Source of the DNA: an uncultured Pseudomonadales bacterium
GTDB taxonomy: Bacteria; Patescibacteriota; Microgenomatia; UBA1400; MFAQ01
Direction of reading: 5' to 3'
Assembly: GCA_964439805.1 (NCBI GenBank)
Contig: CAYTOI010000001.1
Span: 3,573-67,572, forward strand
DNA length: 64,000 nucleotides
The notes under the pieces are model-generated. The model saw only the letters and a program-made list of their open reading frames with translations. It was not told the DNA's origin and made no database searches. The position numbers and the translations under genes were made by a program. Of this stretch, positions 39,935 through 47,962 are shown in pieces. Every line of letters starts with the position of its first letter. Position 1 is the stretch's first letter.

Positions 39935-41365
39935 TTATCCCACACTCCCTTCCATCTCCATATTAATAAGCCTATTCATTTCTATAGCGTACTCAAAAGG
40001 AACTTCCTTCATTACCGGATCCAAAAATCCGTTAACTATCATGCCTTCCGCTTCGTGTTCAGAAAGTCCTCGAGACATTAAATAAAACAGTTGTTCTTCA
40101 GAAATTCTACTTACCACCGCCTCGTGCTCCAAAATCGACTGGCTCTCCATAATTTTATTTGTAGGGTAAGTGTCAGATCGAGACAGTTCGTCCAGTATCA
40201 GCGCGTCACAAACCACTTTAGATCGCGCATTGGTTGCTCCCTTAGCAATATGAACCAAGCCTCTATAAGTAGATCTTCCCCCATTTTTACTAATCGACTT
40301 GGATAAAATTTGTGAAGTTGTTTCTGGAGCCAGATGAATCATTTTTGCCCCAGTATCTTGATGCTGATCTGCTCCAGCCCAAGCGATAGAAAGAATTTCT
40401 CCTCTAGCTTTTCTACCCGCCAGAATACAAGCCGGATACTTCATCGTTAGCTTGCTTCCCAAATTTCCATCTATCCATCTCATCTCACCTTCTTCTTCCA
40501 CATAAGCTCTTTTGGTAACCAAGTTGTAAACATTTTTATACCAATTCTGAACTGTGGTGTACTGAACCTTAGCCCCTTTCTTTACAAATATTTCTACCAC
40601 AGCAGCGTGAAGTGATCCAGAAGAATATGCGGGAGCAGAACAACCCTCTATGTAATGGAGCTTACTCCCCTCATCGGCAATGATTAAAGTTCTCTCAAAC
40701 TGACCAGCGTTTTCACTATTTATTCTAAAATATGTTTGCAAAGGAAGACCAACATCAACTCCTTTGGGAACATAAATAAAAGACCCTCCAGACCAAGCGG
40801 CCGTATTCAAAGCAGCAAGTTTATTGTCTCCCATCGGAATTACTTTTCCAAAATATTCTTTTACCAACTCTGGGTATTGTTTCAACCCCTCATCCATTCC
40901 CAAAAATACTACCCCTTTTTTTGAAAGGTTAGCTTTTAGCGAGCCATATATAACCTCGGAATCATACTGACTCTTAACTCCAGCCAAAGCTTCTCTCTCG
41001 GCTTGTGGCACACCAATCTTTTCAAATGTTGCTTTTATCTCTGCGGGTACATCGTCCCAAGTTTTTCCGGCATGATCCAAGGGCTTCAAATAATAAAATA
41101 TGTTTTGAAAATCTATTGCCGACATATCCCCACCCCAAGTAGGCATTGGTTTTTCAAAAAATATCTTTAAGGCTTTAAGTCGCAGATTAAGCATCCATTC
41201 TGGTTCATTCTTCATCGCCGAAATCTCCCTTATTCTGGCTTCATCAACACCTTTAGTAGAGCGATATGAATACTCAAAATCATCAGTGTGTCCAAGAGAA
41301 TAAGAGTCGCCAATTCCCCCAATATTATTCGCCTCTTCAATTTTCTTTTTGGCAAACCTACTCAT
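39935..41365 (-). CDS. sufB: Fe-S cluster assembly protein SufB
   Basis: [38 protein letters not shown]. Confidence 0.97.
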   Translation of the reverse strand: MSRFAKKKIEEANNIGGIGDSYSLGHTDDFEYSYRSTKGVDEARIREISAMKNEPEWMLNLRLKALKIFFEKPMPTWGGDMSAIDFQNIFYYLKPLDHAGKTWDDVPAEIKATFEKIGVPQAEREALAGVKSQYDSEVIYGSLKANLSKKGVVFLGMDEGLKQYPELVKEYFGKVIPMGDNKLAALNTAAWSGGSFIYVPKGVDVGLPLQTYFRINSENAGQFERTLIIADEGSKLHYIEGCSAPAYSSGSLHAAVVEIFVKKGAKVQYTTVQNWYKNVYNLVTKRAYVEEEGEMRWIDGNLGSKLTMKYPACILAGRKARGEILSIAWAGADQHQDTGAKMIHLAPETTSQILSKSISKNGGRSTYRGLVHIAKGATNARSKVVCDALILDELSRSDTYPTNKIMESQSILEHEAVVSRISEEQLFYLMSRGLSEHEAEGMIVNGFLDPVMKEVPFEYAIEMNRLINMEMEGSVG

Positions 41366-42107
41366 ATTTTTTATATCCAGTTTTTCCCAAACTATCTATT
41401 AATTCAGCGCCACCCTCATCAACCACCAGACCTTTCTTCAAAACCACCACCTTATCAACATTCACCAAGTTCAACATTTTTTGGTAATGAGTAATAAGTA
41501 TCACGGTCATTCCAATTTCTTTGCTAAGTTTATTAATTTCTTCAGCCACCAAATTAAGAGCATCTAGATCCAACCCACTATCTGTCTCATCCAATATAGC
41601 CATTTTTGGTTTTAAGACTCTCATTTGCAAAATCTCAATCTTCTTCTTTTCACCACCACTAAACCCCTCATTTATTCCACGAGTCAGCAAATCATCACTA
41701 ACTCTAAGCTCCTTGGCAATCGCCTCTACTTGTCTCTTAACATCTATCGCTTTGACAATCTCTCCTTTTGCTCTAAGAGAAGCGACTAGTAATTCTTTTA
41801 CTGTCACTCCAGGGACCGAAACTGGATATTGAAAAGCCATAAAGACTCCCTCTTTTGCTCTCTCGTCAGGGGTCATCTCGTTTATTTTTTTACCCATCCA
41901 AAAAATTTCTCCTGATGTTATTTCATAGGCTGGGTTTCCCATTATGGTATTGGATAGAGATGATTTTCCTGAACCATTTGGACCCATCAAGGCTACAATC
42001 TTTCCTGCCTCAATCTCCAAATTTATCCCATTCAATATTTCTTTCCCCTCAACCTTCACCTTTAAATTCTTAATTATCAGTAAATCATTATCTTGAGTTC
42101 TTTTCAT
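41358..42107 (-). CDS. sufC: Fe-S cluster assembly ATPase SufC
   Basis: [29 protein letters not shown]. Confidence 0.97.
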   Translation of the reverse strand: MKRTQDNDLLIIKNLKVKVEGKEILNGINLEIEAGKIVALMGPNGSGKSSLSNTIMGNPAYEITSGEIFWMGKKINEMTPDERAKEGVFMAFQYPVSVPGVTVKELLVASLRAKGEIVKAIDVKRQVEAIAKELRVSDDLLTRGINEGFSGGEKKKIEILQMRVLKPKMAILDETDSGLDLDALNLVAEEINKLSKEIGMTVILITHYQKMLNLVNVDKVVVLKKGLVVDEGGAELIDSLGKTGYKKYE

Positions 42108-42133
42108 AATTTTGAGTTTTTGATTTTAGAGTT
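42091..42133 (+). repeat. Octamer units spanning the sufC start and the rrf2-sufC spacer
   Basis: tcttgagt tcttttca ... ttttgagt ttttgatt ttagagtt; encodes MKRTQD. Confidence 0.65.
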
Positions 42134-42135
42134 TT

Positions 42136-42522
42136 TTACTTAATCAAGTCTTCCAATGTGTATTTATCCAATACTTTATTAATATCCTCAGTCAACCTTC
42201 CCATAAAATCCTGCTGAGTACAATCTCCCTCAACTGGACAACCTCCACAACAAACCGGTTCTACTTCACCCTCAATAGCCTCTAGAGCCTCTCTAATCTG
42301 GATCTCTTTGGGATCATAGTTCAAAGCAAATCCACCACCCTTACCCTCTTTGGAGTTCAAAATACCCGCTTCGATAAGTGGAGTGGCAATCTTAGCCATA
42401 AATGCCCTAGGCATGCCTAAATCAGCCAGATCCTTAAGGGACACACGACCTCCTCGGCCTTTTTCAGCCAGTATTGATAGCAAAGATAGTCCGTAATCAG
42501 CCCGTTTGGTAAGTGTAAACAT
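42136..42522 (-). CDS. Rrf2-family (IscR/SufR-like) transcriptional regulator
   Basis: DYGL..L, S..G..GGF.L, Cys cluster CCGGCPVEGDC; first gene of the suf operon. Confidence 0.92.
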   Translation of the reverse strand: MFTLTKRADYGLSLLSILAEKGRGGRVSLKDLADLGMPRAFMAKIATPLIEAGILNSKEGKGGGFALNYDPKEIQIREALEAIEGEVEPVCCGGCPVEGDCTQQDFMGRLTEDINKVLDKYTLEDLIK

Positions 42523-42549
42523 ATACTTGGACTATTATACTCCAAGTAT
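42523..42549. promoter_or_regulatory. Palindromic operator overlapping the -10 box of the suf operon
   Basis: ATACTTGGA-N9-TCCAAGTAT abutting the ATG; TATAAT (- strand) lies within the spacer. Confidence 0.8.
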
Positions 42550-42563
42550 CTTCAGGATTCAAT

Positions 42564-43202
42564 CTAAAACAACCCCATCTGCATTTCGGCAGGTTTTTCT
42601 TCCGCTACTATCTCTGGATAAGAAAAATCTACCACTATCTCCCTATACTCATTCCATCTGTCTTTGAACTTCAACATTTTATTCTTCATGGCAAAGTCAT
42701 AAACTTTTGTAGTCACTTCCACGTCCATTTCGCAATATTTTTTCAAATTAGCAAGACTAGCTGGGTCTCCCATATTCCACCACTTAACCGCATCCAATCC
42801 ACCAGCAATCTTCCCCGCCCCAATTGTCTCTTTTGCCACACTATCCAGTTTTACCCTATGACCAAACACTTTTCTTATCTCTTCCAAAATATCAAAGTGT
42901 TTCAACTTAGCAAAATCCCCTCTTGTATAAACCCCATTCATTGCCGGATTATCAAAACCAAAGGAGTTGTAGCCAATAATTCTGTCTGCCTCTTCAAACC
43001 AACTCCACATATTTTCAAAATCACTTTCCCAAAAACTTTTCATTTCTCCAGAAATTTCATTCCCGTTTTCATCCACAACTCTCCTGTAAGCAGAAACTAT
43101 TGAAATCCCTAAGTCAGCAGGGTTATTTGTACTAATATCATCAAATATTTTCTTTGTCTCAATGTCGTAAATGACCTCAACCTTATTTCCTTTATTTGCC
43201 AT
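42564..43202 (-). CDS. RNase H-like/DEDD exonuclease domain protein
   Basis: YDIET, IGYN..GFD, KYCEMDV. Confidence 0.85.
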   Translation of the reverse strand: MANKGNKVEVIYDIETKKIFDDISTNNPADLGISIVSAYRRVVDENGNEISGEMKSFWESDFENMWSWFEEADRIIGYNSFGFDNPAMNGVYTRGDFAKLKHFDILEEIRKVFGHRVKLDSVAKETIGAGKIAGGLDAVKWWNMGDPASLANLKKYCEMDVEVTTKVYDFAMKNKMLKFKDRWNEYREIVVDFSYPEIVAEEKPAEMQMGLF

Positions 43203-43237
43203 AAGAAATATATTAAACCATCAAACCTATTTTATTT

Positions 43238-43753
43238 CTATCTCCCCTCCCACTTATGCATCTCTTTTTTTACATATCTACCCAAAAACCAAACACCAAC
43301 ACCAGCCAATACTCCGTATAGAATATTTTCCCATGTCCCAGTTTCAGGCAATGTAGTTTCTGCTGTTGTAGTGGTGATAGCTGCTGAGATAGACGCTGTA
43401 GGGGTTACTGTGGCACTATAACGAATAGTAAAAATAATCGATTGTGTTCCAGATGTAATGGTTATCAAATTATCACCCGCGTTTAATGCTGCAGGAGTAA
43501 AGGTCCAAATTCCACTTGTTGTTGCTGCAATAGTATTACTAGTAGTCGAATTTACTTTTACACTCACCGTAGCAGCTGGAGTAGCCGTACCCTCCAAAGA
43601 AGGAACCGCTCCCACATAACTCACTAATGTGTAATCGGCACCTATTGTAGACAAAGTTCCTATCTTCGTTAGGGTCAAATCATATGCCCAAACCACCCCT
43701 ACCGTTCCCAAGAAAACAATTGCGGTAAAAATATAAAATAAATATTTTTTCAT
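43238..43753 (-). CDS. Secreted Ig-like protein with LPXTG-type C-terminal anchor
   Basis: Signal peptide, GTATP..V...G.WTFTP Ig-like core, LPETG + hydrophobic segment + basic tail. Confidence 0.75.
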   Translation of the reverse strand: MKKYLFYIFTAIVFLGTVGVVWAYDLTLTKIGTLSTIGADYTLVSYVGAVPSLEGTATPAATVSVKVNSTTSNTIAATTSGIWTFTPAALNAGDNLITITSGTQSIIFTIRYSATVTPTASISAAITTTTAETTLPETGTWENILYGVLAGVGVWFLGRYVKKEMHKWEGR

Positions 43754-43763
43754 CTACTATTAT

Positions 43764-45101
43764 TTATAACTCAATTTGCATATTTAAGTTTGGCATTATT
43801 ACATCGATGTCGCCCAATTCGTTTTTAATCTTTTCTTTCAATACAAGCCTTGGCAAATCTTCACCATGAATCAAAACCACCTTCTTTAACCCCTTTATTT
43901 TGCCAACCCAAGACATCAATTGTTCTTGGTCAGCGTGTGAGCTCATGCTCTTTATTTCCTCCACCTGAGCCCTTACCTCAATATGATTTCCCCAAATATT
44001 AATATTTTTCTCACCATCTTTAATTTGTCTTCCAAGTGTGCCGACCGCCTGATAACCCACAAAAACAATTATAGTTTTTGGGTCTTCCAAGTAGTTTATT
44101 GCGTGATGAATTATTCTCCCCCCTGTCATCATTCCACTTCCAGCCACAATTACTTTGGTGCCTGAATAGTTTTTTATTTGTTTACTCTTTTCTACAGTGT
44201 CACATACCACTAGTCCAGGAAAATCAAATGGATCATCAGTTTTTACCTGATCCTTTAATTTTTTACTAAAAAACTCTGGGTAATCTTTAAATATTTCTGT
44301 TGCCTTTATAGCCATCGGAGAATCCAAAAACACCGGTGTATCTTCTCTTATCTCCTTTTGTTTTTTCAGCTGGTCAAACAAATACAAAACTTCTTGAGCT
44401 CTTTCTATAGAAAAGGTAGGTATCATTACCACTCCACCCACTCGCTCCGCTTCTTGGACAATCTCCGCAATCCTTTCTGCTTCATTTCTAACTCCATGGA
44501 CCTCATCCCCATAAGTCGACTCTAGTAAAGTGAAATCTGCTTCTTTGAAGGTTTCTGTTGGGAGTAGTAATGGCTCTGGAGTATTTCCCAGGTCACCACA
44601 AAAAACAATTTTTTTACCACTAGAAATTTCTTCTACCAAAATACTACTAGAACCTATTATGTGCCCCGCATCATACATAGTTAATCTAAAGTCCCCTACC
44701 GTAAAAGGCACATGATAATCCACTATTTGAACTTTTTTCAAAAAACTCTGAACATCATCTTCTGTGTACAAAGTGTCAGTAGCATCTTCTGCTGCAATTT
44801 TCGCTGAGTCCATCAAAACCAATTCTGTTAAGGCTTTTGTAGGGGCGTTCATAAAAACAGGCCCATCAAATCCATACCTGACCAATGTCGGAAGTCTTCC
44901 ACAGTGATCCAAGTGCGCATGAGTAAGAACAACAGCATTTAAACTCCCAAAATCAATCTCTGGTTTTGCAAAATTTAATTTATCATCCTCCTTTAATCCC
45001 TGAAACATTCCACAATCCACCATTATTCCCGTACTCTTTCCGGTAAGTAAATAACAAGAACCAGTTACTGTCCCCGCTGCACCCAAAAACTTTAGTTTCA
45101 T
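43764..45101 (-). CDS. MBL-fold beta-CASP ribonuclease
   Basis: GAAGTVTGS, THAHLDHCG, AGHIIGS, ESTYG, SSHAD, IHGE. Confidence 0.93.
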   Translation of the reverse strand: MKLKFLGAAGTVTGSCYLLTGKSTGIMVDCGMFQGLKEDDKLNFAKPEIDFGSLNAVVLTHAHLDHCGRLPTLVRYGFDGPVFMNAPTKALTELVLMDSAKIAAEDATDTLYTEDDVQSFLKKVQIVDYHVPFTVGDFRLTMYDAGHIIGSSSILVEEISSGKKIVFCGDLGNTPEPLLLPTETFKEADFTLLESTYGDEVHGVRNEAERIAEIVQEAERVGGVVMIPTFSIERAQEVLYLFDQLKKQKEIREDTPVFLDSPMAIKATEIFKDYPEFFSKKLKDQVKTDDPFDFPGLVVCDTVEKSKQIKNYSGTKVIVAGSGMMTGGRIIHHAINYLEDPKTIIVFVGYQAVGTLGRQIKDGEKNINIWGNHIEVRAQVEEIKSMSSHADQEQLMSWVGKIKGLKKVVLIHGEDLPRLVLKEKIKNELGDIDVIMPNLNMQIEL

Positions 45102-45127
45102 ATCATCCAGTGTATCAGAATGAGCCT

Positions 45128-45161
45128 CGTCATTGCGAGGAACGAAGTGACGTGGCAATCT
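45128..45161 (+). repeat. CGTC-tagged REP/RPE-like palindromic element
   Basis: CGTCATTGCGAGGAACGAAGTGACGTGGCAATCT with ATTGC/GCAAT arms; a GC-rich patch in AT-rich intergenic DNA. Confidence 0.65.
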
Positions 45162-45181
45162 AAATATAATAGAATGGAGTC

Positions 45182-45934
45182 ATGACCTGCCCTCAATGCT
45201 CACAAACCCTGAGCACTCTAGAAATCTACACCACTGATGGTAAAGACAAAATAATTGAAGAATGCCTAAATTGTGGAGGTCATTTTTTGGAAAACTACTT
45301 AGTAAATTTCATATCAGTAGAGACAGCGAGAAACATTGACTCTGTTCTCCCAAAAACAAAAAACCAAAGTATTGGCGACATAAAATGCCACAAGTGTGGG
45401 CAACAAATGTTTGCCATTTCAGAAGAACTACCCAATACTGTTACCGCCTACAACTGCCCAAATGGACACGGTGACTTTTTCCCTAAAGACCAACTCCTAC
45501 TTTTCAAAAAAGCTCAAGAAGCAAAAATTAACTATCATAAGCTTTGGGGCATACCTATTAAAACCGTTTTTGCTGTAATTATTCCTCTTTTTATTGTTTT
45601 TTCCTCAGTTACCATCTTACCTTCGGTAGTAAAAGAACTAAACAAAAACCAAGACGAAAGAGTCAAAGCATCAGAAATTTTAACTACTCCACTTATCACC
45701 CCGCTGTCTGATTCTGAAGTTTTAATTTCTTTTTCTACAATCAATTTGGTTGCTACCGACATTATTTTTACAAGCGGAATGCAAAAAACCTTAACCGTTT
45801 CAGCCAAGCCAGACAAAAACCATCTTGTGGGTGTAAAATATCTTCCTCCAACCACCACCTTTAAATACATGATTGTCATAGACCCCAAAGGCAAAAACAT
45901 CAGAACTTCCGAATACACCTTCTCCACCCCCTAA
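45182..45934 (+). CDS. Double zinc-ribbon + TM + extracellular beta-sandwich protein
   Basis: CPQC..CLNC, CHKC..CPNGHG, one TM, FN3-like C-terminus. Confidence 0.7.
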   Translation: MTCPQCSQTLSTLEIYTTDGKDKIIEECLNCGGHFLENYLVNFISVETARNIDSVLPKTKNQSIGDIKCHKCGQQMFAISEELPNTVTAYNCPNGHGDFFPKDQLLLFKKAQEAKINYHKLWGIPIKTVFAVIIPLFIVFSSVTILPSVVKELNKNQDERVKASEILTTPLITPLSDSEVLISFSTINLVATDIIFTSGMQKTLTVSAKPDKNHLVGVKYLPPTTTFKYMIVIDPKGKNIRTSEYTFSTP

Positions 45935-45963
45935 AAAACTAATTTGCTGAATTATTTTCATTA

Positions 45964-45995
45964 TTTTGAGTTTTTGAGTTCTTGAGTTCTTGAGT
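45964..45995 (+). repeat. 4x octamer array in the prmC promoter
   Basis: ttttgagt ttttgagt tcttgagt tcttgagt; TATAAT at 46006. Confidence 0.88.
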
Positions 45996-46017
45996 TTTTA
46001 TGCAATATAATTCCCTC

Positions 46018-46773
46018 ATGCCCAAACGAGTCCTCACCCCCTACGAAAAAAACATTCTTACCAAAAATCATTTCGATTTAAGTGACCCCCTGCTACAAAC
46101 AGACATCCCCGTAGAATATCTTGTCGGCAAAGCTGAGTTTCGAGGTAATGACTTTTTTGTCACAAAAGACACCTTAATTCCCAGAATCGAGACCGAACAA
46201 CTGGTAGATTTAGCTCTCGACAATATTATTAAAAACTTCCCTCCTGACAAAAAAATAATCATTACTGATCTTTGCACTGGCTCTGGCTGCGTAGGTATTT
46301 CACTTGCTCTAGAACTCCTCAAAAAAAACTACAATTTTCATATTTATTTTTCTGATATTTCTTCAAATGCTTTGCAAGTAGCCAAAAAAAACTTTGAACA
46401 TTTATTACCCAATCATCAAGAACTGGCAACATTTATTGAGTCGGATCTTTTTGCTAGTTTTCCTGAAAACGTTAATATCGACTTGGTAGTCGCAAACCCC
46501 CCATACATCCCCTCTCAAAGAATAAAAACACTAGATAATTCTGTTAAAGATTACGAACCCATAATTGCCTTGGACGGCGGTGTAGACGGACTATCTTTAA
46601 TAAATAAAATTGTTACTGATTTACCAAAAATTCAAAACAACAAAGTCAATGCCATTTTGGAAATTGACGAAAAACACAACCTTAAAGCCATTAAAAAAAG
46701 TGAAGGGTTAAACCCTTCACTAATTAAAGACTCTTTCGGTAATAACCGATTTCTATCTCTTCTTTTTCTTTAA
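46018..46773 (+). CDS. prmC: Release-factor glutamine methyltransferase (short N-terminus)
   Basis: PVEYLVG, LIPRIETE, DLCTGSGC, ANPPY, ALDGG.DGL. Confidence 0.9.
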   Translation: MPKRVLTPYEKNILTKNHFDLSDPLLQTDIPVEYLVGKAEFRGNDFFVTKDTLIPRIETEQLVDLALDNIIKNFPPDKKIIITDLCTGSGCVGISLALELLKKNYNFHIYFSDISSNALQVAKKNFEHLLPNHQELATFIESDLFASFPENVNIDLVVANPPYIPSQRIKTLDNSVKDYEPIIALDGGVDGLSLINKIVTDLPKIQNNKVNAILEIDEKHNLKAIKKSEGLNPSLIKDSFGNNRFLSLLFL

Positions 46774-46977
46774 GACTTTCTTCTTGGTTTTTGCAACCTG
46801 TGTTTTCACTTTTGCTACTCCAGCTTTACCTTTTTTTACTACTTTTTTTACTTCACTAACTACTTTATTTCTATTTTCTTTATCGGAAAGAAACATTCCC
46901 GCGACTCCAGCAACGACACCTACTACGGCGGCGCCTACAGCGGCAAACAGATTCATGTTATTTTTTTTGGCAGACAT
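46753..46977 (-). CDS. Small YtxH-like membrane-anchored basic protein
   Basis: GAAVVGVVAGVAG TM, then LSDKENR and a Lys-rich tail. Confidence 0.65.
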   Translation of the reverse strand: MSAKKNNMNLFAAVGAAVVGVVAGVAGMFLSDKENRNKVVSEVKKVVKKGKAGVAKVKTQVAKTKKKVLKKKKR

Positions 46978-47042
46978 TTTTTCTTGCTAACTTTTAATAA
47001 TTTCATTATGACACAAAATACTTTTCTCTGCAAAATCAGGCC

Positions 47043-47073
47043 AAAAAAAGTCCCCCTACCGAAGTAGAGGGAC
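47043..47073 (-). terminator. Rho-independent terminator of the PP2C-kinase-nicotinamidase-vWA operon
   Basis: GTCCCTCTAC-TTCG-GTAGGGGGAC-TTTTTTT. Confidence 0.9.
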
Positions 47074-47085
47074 GAAACACTAAGA

Positions 47086-47910
47086 CTAAATATTTGTAAA
47101 GAAATTGGAATTAACGGGTGCCTGCTGGTTTTGCATTCCCTGGGACTTCGCACCCATACTGGAGCTTACCAACATAAGAGCACGCGTAATGCCGCCCATC
47201 GACCTTTCAACTGTAACAATGTTTCCGTCAGGAATTCCAGCATCTAGTGCCACCTGACGAAAATCTGTTTCATTACCAATGCCTACAAAAGCTATTGTAA
47301 AGTGAGGCTTGCTGTTAAGTTCGCCTAACAGACGACGTACGTCATCATTGGTCCGAACCGCGACAATGTTGGGGTGATATTCACGACCATCCGAGAGGAT
47401 CACTGTTACTTCCTGAACCCCAGTCGCCCCGTAGCTAAAAGCTGAAGCACCAAAGGTTGAGGTCGCTATGACACCGTCATAAATGCCTTCATAAAGTGGC
47501 GTCCAACCATCAGGAATATAATCCACAGATGTTAGCTTTTGGCAATCCTGAACATGAACAAAATCGCGGATAACGCGAACATTTTTCATTCCACTCAAAA
47601 TACTAAAAACGGTAATCCGCACATAAATCTCTTGCCCCGTCTTTTTTCTCATCTTTTCAATATCTTCAAGCATCGCATTTACAGCATTGATCACCACATC
47701 TTCATAGCCAGACAACGATCCTGTAACATCAATCACCAAATTGAAAACCAAAGGAAGCATCGACTCCATAAGAGGAATTTGAACCCCAATAGTTTTTGGT
47801 ATGCCACTGCCGTGTAAATTTGCAAGCAATGTTTGCGATGATGCTGGAGTCAAATGTCCACTTGCTGCAGCCTGTTGAATAGCCAAAGAAACTTGATCTT
47901 GATCGCTCAT
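47086..47910 (-). CDS. vWA-domain protein (TerY-like)
   Basis: MIDAS motif DVTGS, GWTPLY, ILSDG, FVGIG; strong SD AAGGAGA. Confidence 0.85.
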   Translation of the reverse strand: MSDQDQVSLAIQQAAASGHLTPASSQTLLANLHGSGIPKTIGVQIPLMESMLPLVFNLVIDVTGSLSGYEDVVINAVNAMLEDIEKMRKKTGQEIYVRITVFSILSGMKNVRVIRDFVHVQDCQKLTSVDYIPDGWTPLYEGIYDGVIATSTFGASAFSYGATGVQEVTVILSDGREYHPNIVAVRTNDDVRRLLGELNSKPHFTIAFVGIGNETDFRQVALDAGIPDGNIVTVERSMGGITRALMLVSSSMGAKSQGMQNQQAPVNSNFFTNI

Positions 47911-47926
47911 GTTAATCTCCTTTTTA

Positions 47927-47953
47927 TTGGGAGAGAATCAGATTCTCTCCCAA
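47927..47953. promoter_or_regulatory. Perfect intra-operon palindrome upstream of the vWA ribosome-binding site
   Basis: TTGGGAGAGAATC-A-GATTCTCTCCCAA. Confidence 0.75.
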
Positions 47954-47962
47954 AAATAGTTT

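Noticed and set aside
2852-45995. Octamer arrays as CRISPR repeats
   Set aside because: Units are 8 bp, contiguous and have no spacers; no cas genes are in the window.
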